Part shown: positions 1 to 13,090 of the stretch, piece after piece
Numbering within the stretch: the stretch's first letter is position 1
Layout of the letters: every line of letters begins with the position of its first letter
Assembly (NCBI GenBank): GCA_951406725.2
Contig: OX597824.1
Coordinates: 93,992,001-94,056,000, forward strand
DNA: 64,000 nucleotides
Direction of reading: 5' to 3'
From: Octopus vulgaris
Lineage: Eukaryota
Made by a program: the position numbers and the translations under genes
The notes under the pieces: model-generated
Told to the model about the DNA's origin: nothing
Database searches by the model: none
Seen by the model: only the letters and a program-made list of their open reading frames with translations

Positions 1-113
1 ACAGAATATTCATGTTAATAGAAATCGCACAAGAGGCTGAACATCAAACACCAGCCAGGAAGAAGAAAAGTGGACACAAATGTGACAAAATCCAAGTTGC
101 TTTTGTTTTTTCT

Positions 114-285
114 GGCTGTTATCGTCATTTTGTGCCTAAGGCAATATTTAGTGGTAACAAAGATGGCGGCCAACCAAACTGGTCGGTTATCATTATTCTC
201 CAGATTATCTCTAGACTACTTCGCCTGTAGCTCCCATTTCATTTCACTGCACACATGCGCACTTACATACATACTATATATATAT

Positions 286-340
<55 letters not shown>

Positions 341-430
341 GTGTATGTGCGTGTATTTATGTATGTGTGTATCTACCCACAAGCATATTTATATTATATG
401 CACATATGAATATATATATGTGTGCGTCTT
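114..430. repeat. Direct repeat copy 1 (partner at 10251-10560), about 160 bp of near-identical complex sequence plus the following microsatellite
   Basis: ggctgttat...cttacatacata matches 10251-10410 at a constant offset of 10137 with about 2 substitutions; the flank after the (TA)n is also shared. Confidence 0.9.
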
Positions 431-453
431 TGTATACATATGTGTGTGTGTGA

Positions 454-507
<54 letters not shown>

Positions 508-734
508 GTGTGTGTGTGTGTGCAGCAATGGCTCTCAACCATTTTTCATCTATGAAACCCATCTCACTTGTAGCGATGAGATATGAGTTCGGCAATGTTG
601 CGTGTAAACAAGCGCGCACTACACGTTGCGTGTAGACGAAGAGCGCGCACTACACGGCTATACTCGAAGCGTAACAGCCCAAAACAGACGGGGCCTACCA
701 CTACATTTTCAAAGCAGGCACAGGAAGATAGCGT

Positions 735-825
735 CACCTCACATCCAAAGGATTTTGTCCACGTGACAATAATTGTTTTTGCAGGAGAAAATAAAGCTGG
801 ATAGTTTTTGAACCCACCTCGTGTA
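735..825 (-). mobile_element. Possible Tc1/mariner terminal fragment
   Basis: Reverse complement reads tacacgaggtgggttcaaaaactatcc, resembling mariner-type TIR starts; no partner end seen. Confidence 0.3.
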
Positions 826-986
826 TGTGTATGTATATATATATATGGACACTCTCACACGTGTCTCGAATGGGCTGGAGCATTTCTATTTTGGATGTAT
901 TTGGGGTACTTAGTTGTGCTCACGACTTAGTGTTTTGCTTCTTCCATGGGTATGAGTAAGTATCTCATTTATTTCTTTGCCACATT

Positions 987-1039
987 TATCACTGACGAAG
1001 GGAGGGTTCTTACGAACTAACCCTGAAATTGGTCCGATA
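987..1039 (+). ncRNA. Degenerate minimal hammerhead ribozyme motif in a PLE-type repeat
   Basis: tatca-CTGACGA(992-998)-aggg..gttc/gaac..ccct-GAAA(1025-1028)-ttgg-TC-cgata. Stems I and II are recognisable; stem III ttgg is probably a decayed ccgg. Confidence 0.6.
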
Positions 1040-1831
1040 TGGTAATAATGGAATTTTTTAGAAATTTCTGTCGACCTTTTTTCGTATAGCGTGCGCATTG
1101 TAAAAAATTATATGGTTATGGACAATATGTACAATTTCGGCATATTTGGCATTAGAAATTTTTTCGTTTGCCCTTATTTATAAATTGTATATATATATAT
1201 ATATATATATATACGTTATGTGTTGTCTGTGCCCATTACATTAATTCTATATTATATATTGTATATTCTTTATGCATTTATTTTATACATATTTTTATCG
1301 GTAATTTTGATGCGGTTATATTTAACTCTTTTGGAATTTTTTCAGTAAAATTTAATTGATTTTATTAATGTATGGCTATGTAAGTATTGCATATACTTGT
1401 GTGTCTTTGTGTGTGTGTGTGTGTGTGTGTGTGAGGGAATAGGTGTAAATATTTCTATGCAAATGCTTGAATGTACATATGCAGACAAATTATGCAGATA
1501 AATTTGTCAATTGATATGTGCGGAAATATGTATGTGTATATATATATATATGTGTGTGTATATATGTATATATACATACACACACACATATATATAAGCC
1601 TGTATGTACGTATATATGTGTGTGTACACATGTGTATATGTGTGTGCCTGCGAGTGCGCCAGTATGTATGTCTATAGATTTGAGTTCAATTTATATATTT
1701 GTATATTTGTATATTTGTATACATATATCTGTATGTCATAAAACATGTTTGTATATCTCTATGCATGTGTGTATGCATATATATATGCATGAATACATAT
1801 ATATATATGTGAGTGTGTGTATATGTATGTA

Positions 1832-1904
<73 letters not shown>

Positions 1905-2552
1905 GTATATATGTGGTTTTGGGTGTATTGTAAGGATGTGTGTGTGTGCATTTGCATCAGGTGACGAAGTGGAATACCAAACGGGTATATAAAATGGCCA
2001 TATTGAGGAAAAAATAGAAAAACGGATGGATAGATGGACAGAACTTTAAATAGAAATAAATATGAAGAGAGACATTTGCAAACATAAAACAAAAAGACAG
2101 ATTAAAATACATGGATATAAATAGATGGTTACTTTCCTTTGCACATACATATTCATACGGATAGATTAGAATACCATTTGTCAGTCGGCAGACAATAACC
2201 AATATGAGCGCGATATATTTTTAAGAATCTATAAATAATTCTTAATGTGTTTGGCTATAGGAATCTGCGTTGCTGTGTTTGTGGGTGCACTCACTTCTGT
2301 GTACTTGCTGTCCGCTGTCGAAACATGTATTTGTGTAGATACATATTTTGATCTGTTTCAATCTGTTTCAGTCAATGGAGGACGGATATTCTGGGGGGAT
2401 TCTGCCTTGAATGTAGAGTCTGGCAAATCGACTGCAGTAAGCGTGGTATTTATACTCTCGGTCGCATTTGCCGAATTGCAACCAACTCTGTTTGTCAAGC
2501 GGTCGAAAGGAAACAAACTCAGATACACAAACTCACAACTATATATAGAGAG

Positions 2553-2783
<231 letters not shown>

Positions 2784-2940
2784 ATATTTCGGAATGGTCA
2801 TATTATCAGTTTAGCCAATAAAAACACACGCACTATATATTTGGTGTTATTTAGCTTCAGGGTTATTTATTTTTTACATTAATCTTAATGTTTCAACACA
2901 CGACTTCACATAAAAAATCTTGCACAACAAATATTTAAAC

Positions 2941-2984
<44 letters not shown>

Positions 2985-2987
<3 letters not shown>

Positions 2988-3308
2988 AGGAGATCGCCTT
3001 CGGTCATGAATGACCATGGGATTACACCTAGAAAGTTACCCCCTGAGGCACAAGTCTGGGCAAGGTTGTTTATGGAAGACCAGCAGTCGTCCATGCATAC
3101 CAGCCTCTCCTCTCTCCATGCCACCGATGTCATCCAAGGGATTGGGGAAGGCTTGGCAATAGTGACGTCACAACTCATTTCTACAGCTGAGTGAACTGGA
3201 ACAACGTGAATTAAAGTGTCTTACTCAAGAACAAAACACGCAGCCCGGTTCGGGAATCGAACTCACAACCTCACAATCGTAAACTCGACCCTCTAACCAC
3301 TGAACCAT
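2985..3308 (-). mobile_element. tRNA-derived SINE (family D; partner at 59205-59545)
   Basis: Minus strand starts tggttcagtggttagag (A box) ... gagttcgattccc (B box); the body matches 59205-59545 in reverse. Confidence 0.75.
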
Positions 3309-3469
3309 ATATATTGCTTAACGTAAACAGTATAGAGATATTAGCTACTAATAGTTTAATACGCTGGAGATGTTATCTAGGCTATCATGTAGCGTTGCTG
3401 TATCTTATGCCTCGTATACGTGGGAGATCATCATGTACGATCGGTCGAGGGGACAAACTGCAGGAACCT

Positions 3470-3575
3470 TGCCAGCAAGGTAAAAGTGGACGAAGTGGTA
3501 AAAGTGGACGAAGAAGCTGGATACGGGAGCTGAGGAGAGAACAGGAGATGATGGGAAGTCAACTTCATTGTCTTA
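3470..3575 (+). mobile_element. Possible RTE-type LINE 3' remnant
   Basis: [28 protein letters not shown] resembles the RTE ORF2 C-terminal G-R..GRP..W motif; contains an internal 18-bp duplication. Confidence 0.3.
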
Positions 3576-3602
3576 CAACGTGTATATCCATACATACATA
3601 TG

Positions 3603-3634
<32 letters not shown>

Positions 3635-3670
3635 TGTATGTATGTATGTATGTATGTATGTATTTATGTA

Positions 3671-3701
<31 letters not shown>

Positions 3702-3737
3702 GTATGTATATATATATATATATATATTTATTTATGC

Positions 3738-3854
<117 letters not shown>

Positions 3855-3993
3855 TTATATATATATATACATGCATAAATAAAATATATATAAATCTAGG
3901 TACCCACGTATGTGTATATGCGGATTTATATCTATATGCATCGTCATATATGTGTCTATATATGTGTGTGCGCGTGTGTGTATGTAAGTGTAC

Positions 3994-4070
<77 letters not shown>

Positions 4071-4519
4071 TTGCCTAGCAACTAATTAATATCTTGATTC
4101 TCTTAGAAAGACCAACTTTGAACTTGCTGTAGCGTTTCTAACTTACTAAATATAAATCTGATGATGGAGGATGGAAATTGCTGGGTTCGATTAGCTCCAA
4201 TCTGATCGAATCGATAAAGGACCTTCCAATGATGGCCTTCCAGTTTAGATATAAGAAACTATTGCTTTGTTAAATTTGTCCCTTTTTTTGCAGGATTTTT
4301 CTTGTCTTTTTTACTTGGCACTCTGGTATCATATCCTTGAAAATAGGTGAATTTATTCAAATTTCAGGAATGATAAACAAAAGTTGAAGAGGTAAACTAG
4401 AAGCAAAAACAGAAGAGGATGAAAATATTATTCGTGATAATTGAAATAAATTTGAAAAGGATTAAAAAGGATTGAAACAAAGGAAAAGAAGTCGAAGGCG
4501 TTTATCTAACAATATTACC

Positions 4520-4712
4520 GCGTCGGACAAAATGCTTTGCGGCATTTCGTCCGGCTCTTTCTGTTCTGACTTCAAGTTCGAAAGAGATCGACTTTGCCTT
4601 TCATCCTGTCAGGTTTGATAAGATGAAGTACCAGTGAAATGCTAGGGTCGACACAATCGACTGGCCCCTCCTCAAAATTTCTGGCCTTATTCCTATAATA
4701 AAAAGAATTATT
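4520..4712 (+). mobile_element. SINE family A copy (5'-truncated, diverged)
   Basis: Contains the gactttgcctttcatcc...gataagatgaagtaccag core shared with the other family A copies. Confidence 0.75.
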
Positions 4713-4862
4713 CTTTTCTACTCTAGGCATAAGGCCCAAAATTTTTTGTGGGTGCATGGGGCAGTCGATTAGATCGACCCCAGTACTCCACTGGTACTAA
4801 ATTTTTCAACCCCGAAAGGATGAAAAGCAAAATTGACCTCGGCGCAATTTGAACTCAGAACG
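4713..4862 (-). mobile_element. SINE family A copy, inverted, flanked by a 17-bp target-site duplication
   Basis: Reverse family A core; taataaaaagaattatt occurs on both sides (about 4696-4712 and 4863-4879). Confidence 0.75.
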
Positions 4863-6037
4863 TAATAAAAAGAATTATTATTGATCGACTTGTCGCCACC
4901 AAGTCAATCACAATTCAGAAGACTCTGATTATCGGCATTCCAGAAATGACCATTCCATCTTTCGGTTTCAATTGAGTCGTACCTGGGACTACATTATCGA
5001 ATGCGACCTTCAAAGAACAATGGTTGTTTGTGATTCAAGGGAAACTGAACTGTTGATTCTAACAAACTGTATAGAAACATCCTCATTTTTGCTGTTCTTG
5101 TTTATATCCGGGTCAGCCCTGATGGAAAAGACCTTTTGATCACAGACTTTCTGTCCCAATAAATCTCTGAGCGAGGTATAAACAGTAGCCCCACGACATC
5201 GTGAAGTATATTTGCCCCCTAAATGTGGCTAACCCTCTTTTTTGCCTATTAACTAGGAATACACTATTCGATGGAGCCCTTAATTTTTTTAATAAGATTT
5301 GAGAGAGATTTGGCTTCTATTTCTAGCTGGTTAAATGACCACGTAAAGTCTTTGTCGCTGTTGTTATGGTTTTTTTAGTGGTTTTTTTGGCATGGTTTTG
5401 TTTGTTGATGAATTTTGTAATTGTTTAGCATCAACATAATTATGATCCTGTAAGCTTATGATCAAGTACGCTCCAAACATGACCACCATAATATTTAGCT
5501 CCAATGTATCCAGGAAATTATTGAATGTGTTTTAAATTTTAAAGACATGAGTATGATTTGAGGGAAAATTGACTACTATTTTTAATAATGTGAACCACAT
5601 TGTAGTAACTGCTCCTCATTGACGATGTCATATCAGTAGTTATATTAGTAGTGTGTGTTGATGTTGCTGCGTAGCCCCGGGTCAGATCTGATTGAGCATT
5701 CCTTCAGTACACATGGTGTCACCTGAACAATTGCGCGCCGTCCGCACCCAACATTTAACTATTCTTTAAGCCTTGTCTTACTCCCGATATACGGTGAGGA
5801 ATCGTATGGATTGAAACGAAACAGTTTTAACATGTACGGTTTCTATGTTTCAATATGTTTCTGCACCTCCATACATCCAGTGAACCTCAACAATAGAAAA
5901 AAACAGGGTAGTTTTGGTAATTGTTGCTCCTCTACACTTGTTGTTGATTGTTGGCGTACCAGGACAGCATTTGGTGCAAGGAAATGCATTTATGCTATAA
6001 CTATGTCTGTATGTTTTCGTTTTTTTTTTTTATTTTT

Positions 6038-6300
6038 CTGTTGTGTCTGGTGAGAGTCATTTTCTTTTTGTGCCTTATAATGTAACACACTCACCGGTAA
6101 AAATCCCACTTAGTTCTTATTTTTATTTTCCTAAAATTTTCGTTGCATCTTGCAACCTTTTCAATAGTCTTGACTCAAAAGGTTGCAAGACGCAACGAAA
6201 ATTTTAGGAAAATAAAAATATGAAATAAATGGAAATTTTACCGGTGAGTGTGTTAAATTATAAGGTACAAAAAGAAAATGACTCACCCCAGACACAACAG
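6038..6300. repeat. Imperfect inverted repeat with about 120-bp arms (foldback or inverted PLE terminal repeat)
   Basis: ctgttgtgtctgg...tgcaacctttt is the reverse complement of aaaaggttgca...ccagacacaacag; spacer about 15 nt. Confidence 0.85.
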
Positions 6301-6840
6301 AATATGCTTCAACACACGAACTCATATAAAGATTCTTGCAAACCAAATCCCAAAACGAAATTTTATTTTTCTATTATCTTCTTATATCTCGACTGAGTCA
6401 GAAATATATAAGACTTACAATCCTGAAGTAGCAACGTACGGAAAGTTGCATATGTCTGTTTGAGTGTTTGGAAATAATTTTTCATATGGTGGTATGCTCT
6501 ATAAAGGCTACAGTTGGTTTTCAATGCTGACAAACTACTGCTTTATGCATTCGTAATTTTTTTCTCCCCTTCAGACCATGGTTTGTGTACTAAATGTGAT
6601 GGCGAGTAGAATCAGTGCTTCATATTCTCTGTGAAGAATTTTTATTTTCTCTTGTTTTCCTTTCTGCAAGCCAATATACATAAACACGTATATACATATG
6701 TGCGTGTGCGCGCATGCGTATGCCTGTGTGTGTGTGTGACTACTATAAGAATGGACGTTTGTCATTTACTTCTTTATTGTATCTTTAGTCGGTGTTCTGC
6801 GAATGTTGCGAAAACGCTGTATGTAGCATTTCTTTCCCTC

Positions 6841-6905
<65 letters not shown>

Positions 6906-6989
6906 CTATCTCTATCTACCTCTCTATCTCTATCTCTCCCCTTCTCACTTTCTCTCTTTCTCTCTATGTCTCTTCCTATGTAAAATGCC

Positions 6990-7400
6990 GTATGTTTATT
7001 TATGATGTCAGATGTGATATTCGCTTTTGGTTTAATGTTCCCTGGTGTTGTTGGCAATAAGTGAAAGTAAGGGATTTAGTAGGTGCTACTTTGAAATTGA
7101 TGTTGTGGAGTTAGATTCGGAGGTGATTTATGGGCAGCTGGAAACATTGTACAGATGTGTCTGGAAAAATAGTAGAAGGGACGTGAGATTGATGTCATCT
7201 GTGTATGACAGTGCGCGTATGATTTGAGGACGCGCGAGGGAAGCTCATAGCGGTATGATGTTGAAAAGAGTCGGAGAGAAATTGAATCCATACAGAACTC
7301 CATATAGGAAATTAATAGTTTTGAAATGCATTGTTTTGTATACTCTGTAAGATTAAATGGTAAATGACAGCCACTCTGCAAACGTGTCCTTTAGTCGTTG
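6990..7400 (-). mobile_element. Decayed LINE reverse transcriptase fragment
   Basis: Minus frame reads YGVLYGFNFSPTLFNIIPL*...RALSYTDDINLT, a degenerate form of GVPQGS.LSP.LFNI and YADD. Confidence 0.6.
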
Positions 7401-7450
7401 CTTTTATTTCTAGTTCCATATATACAGTTCTCACTCCGCTTGTACGTACG

Positions 7451-7482
<32 letters not shown>

Positions 7483-7483
7483 G

Positions 7484-7562
<79 letters not shown>

Positions 7563-7668
7563 TACATATATATACATATTTATATATATGTATATATATA
7601 TGTGTATATTCATACATATATATATACATTCGTTTATATATATGTTCATATATGCATACATATATATT

Positions 7669-7703
<35 letters not shown>

Positions 7704-7751
7704 CAAATATGTAGAAGCATATATTTATACATACATACATACATACATATT

Positions 7752-7845
<94 letters not shown>

Positions 7846-8161
7846 TATATACATATATATATGTATACACATATATAATTCTAAGTATGGGTATCTATGA
7901 TTGTTGCAATTGTATTTATATACACGACTTTACGTATATCTATGATTGTATGTATGGATGGATGTATGCATTCATAAAACATTTCGCTCCGCGTATTTAT
8001 TGTATTCTACCCATAATGCTCTTTGCCAATCTTTGTTTCCTGCTTCCCTTCCCATCACTCTATTAAACTATCGCAATATATCGATATATGTCAATCACCT
8101 AATATATATCTCTATGTATCTCTCTCTGCATATATATGTATATATATACATACATACATAT

Positions 8162-8278
<117 letters not shown>

Positions 8279-8721
8279 CGAACTGTCTTTATCTCTGTGG
8301 ATATAAATACATGTAGGCGTACACGTATACTAAGGATAAATGCTATCTGTCGATATAACTTTGTCCTTCGTATCTCTGTTTTAAATATTACAGTATGCGT
8401 CTGAATATCTATATAACGCGTGTATGTGTGTACGTTTGAATGTACCTCTATGCGTGTGTGTACGTATTTATGTGAGTGTGTGTGTGTGCGTATATCAGAT
8501 TACACTTTGCCTATGGACTCGGCCCAAACAATTCATATTGGCATGTTTATCGGTGTTTTATTGGAAATAGAAGTCGTTAAATAATATTAAACTTGAAACA
8601 CATACATATGTTTACACGCAGGGGTTTGTGTGTTTGAATATTTTTCAATATTATTTGAGCGCTCGCATTGGTAATTACCTCCGTTCGAGATTGGTTTATA
8701 TGTAAATATGTACATATATAG

Positions 8722-8778
<57 letters not shown>

Positions 8779-8802
8779 AATCTCTCTCTCTATATATATA
8801 TA

Positions 8803-8839
<37 letters not shown>

Positions 8840-8938
8840 TCACATATATATATATATACATACATATATGCATATGTATGTATATGTACGTATATGAATG
8901 TATAGGTATATATATCTATGTATATATATATTTATGTA

Positions 8939-8970
<32 letters not shown>

Positions 8971-9152
8971 CATATATATATACATACATATATATATATA
9001 TACATATATATATATACATATATATATACATATATATATATACATACATATATATATACATACATATATATATACATATATAGATGTGCATATGTATGTA
9101 CATGTATGTATATGAATGTATAGGTATATATATATCTATGTATATATATATG

Positions 9153-9196
<44 letters not shown>

Positions 9197-9780
9197 TATA
9201 TGTACATATAGAGAAAAACATGGTTATGCATTATTTACGGATGGCACGGTTTACGCAGAGGCACGTTTTTCTACGTATGTAAGTATATATCTATCTGTGT
9301 GTGTGTGTGCGTACATATTTAGAAACATGCATACAGGCGTATACATATACACTTGTCTATTGGCATACATACATGCATTTGGTCTTGTACTTATGCTTAT
9401 ACGAAAATCTATTTAAATATATTCTTTGCTTCATTCGTTTCAAAGTTTGACTAACAGGAACCGAAATTCGTTTAAATAGCAACATATGCAAGCACACATT
9501 CGTAACTCTGTATAGAATTCCATATATATGCATATAGCTGCATATATATTTTTTTTGCGTGTGTGTATATATATATATACTATTATATGATTGTATACTT
9601 ACATAGATTTATGTATATGTCTATATATGTATATACATATCGGAGCTCACTTTTCCGCACAACCCTATATACATATATATACATATATATGTTCCTATAG
9701 AATTACACACGTCCTTAAGTATATGTATGTATGTTTGGCAGTGTGTATCTATGCATGTAAACACAGACTCCCACACACTC

Positions 9781-9896
<116 letters not shown>

Positions 9897-10250
9897 AACA
9901 CATACACCTTTACAAATTATACACGAGCTAGCAGCAAGGCAGTCATACAGAGATTCACAGACACATGGTTGGTTATTACACATACACATAAACCTTACTG
10001 CTATTTTGATTTAAGTATTTTAAGCCACAAACCATTTATTGCCTCCAAAATTTCATTTTCGCTAGTGTACGGCCATTTTCTTTTTTACACTTCATATATT
10101 ATATATCATGGTGTTTGTTTATTTTTCTGTTTTTCGTTTTTCTTTTTCTTGTAGACAATGTCCATACCTCCATTGTCCTTTTTTTGTTGTTACCATTGTT
10201 GTTGTTGTTGGTGGTGGTGGTGCTGCTGCTGTTGTTGTTTTTGTTTTTGT

Positions 10251-10411
10251 GGCTGTTATTGTCATTTTGTGCCTAAGGCAATATTTAGTGGTAACAAAGA
10301 TGGCGGCCAACCAAACTGGTCGGTTATCATTATTCTCCAGATTATCTCTAGCCTACTTCGCCTGTAGCTCCCATTTCATTTCACTGCACACATGCGCACT
10401 TACATACATAC

Positions 10412-10471
<60 letters not shown>

Positions 10472-10560
10472 GTGTATGTGTGTATCTACCCACAGACATA
10501 TTTATATTATATGCACATATGTATATATATATATATATGTATGTGCATGTGTTTGTATAC
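10251..10560. repeat. Direct repeat copy 2 (partner at 114-430)
   Basis: Near-identical to 114-430. Confidence 0.9.
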
Positions 10561-10779
10561 ATATATGTTTATGTTTGTGTGCATGTGTGTGTGTTTGCCT
10601 CTTTTTGTTTTCAATTCTTTTGTAAGTAGACCAAAAGCATATTAACTTACCTATTTTTCTATTACAGTTTTTTGGCGTTTTCCTAATCTTTTGTTGTTTT
10701 TTTTATCCTGTTTCTCGTTTCTAATTTTTCTTCTTCACATTTTTTCTGCTTCTTCTTTCCGTCCACCTCCTTGTTTTTT

Positions 10780-10830
<51 letters not shown>

Positions 10831-10873
10831 GTAGCGCTACTGTATCTGTTGCCTATACCACTACGGCTGCTGT

Positions 10874-10924
<51 letters not shown>

Positions 10925-10955
10925 AACTACTATTGCTACTACAACTACTACTACT
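10780..10955. repeat. (CTA)n microsatellite
   Basis: Read directly. Confidence 0.95.
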
Positions 10956-11399
10956 TGTTTTCTTCCTCCTCGGGTTTCCGATACTTTTCCGATACCTTGT
11001 ATTTCACTTCTTTCCTCGCTTTTTCTTCTTCTTTCCTTCTTATTTTGGCCCTTTCAGTCTCTTCTAATATTAATAGTCAAACCCCACCTCATCTGATTAA
11101 TTACTAACGCCACCTGTCACCGGAACATTAGACAACCACTATCAGCACCAATATGGTCACCACTACGCAAATTGACTTCAAAAAGGAAAGATGAACAACA
11201 GATTCCTCATTATTTAATTCACCTTGACATGTAGTCTAAGGACTCTTACTGTTGTTGTATTATACGTTTGTCTTCAAGCTTTAGTTTTACCTAAAATTTA
11301 GAATTTTATGACATGTATCACGTTGACAGCGCATCTTCCTTCTCTTCAAAAATGTGTTTCTTTTAATATATTTTGTTCTCATAGTTTTCATTACAACGT

Positions 11400-11980
11400 T
11401 TCAAATAATTTGTCCACGTATAACTAAATTCATATACAAAGTGACCTATCCGCGTATAACCAGATCCAGGCTCAAAGTGACTTGTCCACATATAGCTAAA
11501 CCCACAATTAAAGTGACCTGTCCAGGGATAATTAAATCCCAGCTCAATATGACCTGTTCACGTATAACTAGATCCAAGCTCAAAATAACCTCTTAACGTA
11601 TAACTAGATGCAGGTTTAACCCTTTAGTGTTTAAACCGGCCATATCTGGCCCAGATATTCCACGTTTTATATTCAAACTGTTTTCCACATGTTTTATATT
11701 CTCACACCTAACCTACAATGTCATTCGAAAAATAAACAATCACATCATTGAAACCTCAAAGCTGTAAGATAATGACTGATTAATTCAAAACAATTTGAGT
11801 GAAAAATTATTAGATTTAACAGAATAATATGAACAGTAAAGGGTTAAAGTGACATATCCACGTATAACTAAATCCTGGTTTTCAATAACCTGTCCACGTA
11901 TTACTAAATCTAGGCCCAAAGTGACTTGTCTACTTACAACTAAATCCTGGCTGAAAGTGACCTGTTCACGTGTAAATAAA
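11400..11980. repeat. Degenerate 36-bp tandem repeat (about 10 units, consensus close to aaagtgacctgtccacgtataactaaatccaggctc) interrupted by a MITE
   Basis: 36-bp periodicity; the ORF track shows 12-aa KVTxPRITxSxL periodicity. Confidence 0.8.
11620..11843. mobile_element. piggyBac-type non-autonomous MITE (224 bp)
   Basis: TTAA (11616-11619) + CCCTTTAGTGTT ... AACAGTAAAGGG + TTAA (11844-11847): TIRs starting CCC with a TTAA target duplication. Confidence 0.8.
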
Positions 11981-12274
11981 ACCAATTCCCATTAGCTACG
12001 CCTTCACTGAACCCTAATATCTTCATTGTTAACTAGGCTAACATTTGAAATCGAGGAAAGTGGTACTATCTGGCGTCACGAGCAGTTGCCATATTTACAT
12101 CAGTACAATATCGACAATAACAAGCGCCCCACGTTTTCTTCCTAAAATCTTTTATCTCTTATGATTTACTTGCTTCAGTCACTGAACCGCGGTCATGCTG
12201 GAGCACCACCGTCAAGTGTTTAGCCGGACGAATCGACCTAAGTACTATTTTTCTTATTATTTTTCATCATCATC

Positions 12275-12455
<181 letters not shown>

Positions 12456-12686
12456 TCATCATTATTTTCATTGTCATCTTCTTTCAATTATGTTTCTATT
12501 TCTTGTCGAGTGTCACCCTGACACCTTGGACAGAGAAAAGCACTGCATACTTTGGTAGGCCATTAAAATAAACACACCAGATTTTTCATTTACAAAGTCA
12601 TGTGCTAGAGTAAAAAGGGAAGAAAGATAGAGAGAAAAAGGAAAAATAATAATAATAAAAACAGTAAGCAAAAAAAGTAAACAATA

Positions 12687-13090
12687 GGCGCAGGGGTGGC
12701 TGTGTGGTAAGTAGCTTGCTTACCAACCACATGAATCTGAGTTCAGTCCACAGCGTGGCACCTTGGGCAAGTGTCTTCTACTATAGCCTCGGGCCGACCA
12801 AAGCTTTGTGAGTGGATTTGGCAGACGGAAACTGAAAGAAGCCCGTCATATATATGTGTATATATATGTATATGTATACGTACATGTTTGTGTGTCTGTG
12901 ACTGTCCTCCTACCATCGCTTGACAACCGATGGTGGTGTGTTTACATCCCTGTAATTATCGCAAAAGAGACTGATTGAATAAGTACCAGGTTTACAAAGA
13001 ATAAGGTCTGGGGTCGATTTGTTCGACTAAAGGCGGTGCTCCAGCATAGCCGCTGTCAAATGACAGAAACAATTAAAAGAATAAAAGAAT
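12687..13090 (+). mobile_element. SINE family B, full length, with internal (TA)/(TG) microsatellite
   Basis: Head ggcgcaggggtggctgtgtggtaag (A box), gagttcagtcc (B box) and tail ...aaatgacagaaacaattaaaagaataaaagaa; homologous to 56910-57448. Confidence 0.85.

Noticed and set aside
2245-2545. Hydrophobic, signal-peptide-like ORF start as a possible first CARP exon
   Set aside because: No similarity to CARP N-termini; it runs into microsatellite without a clear donor.
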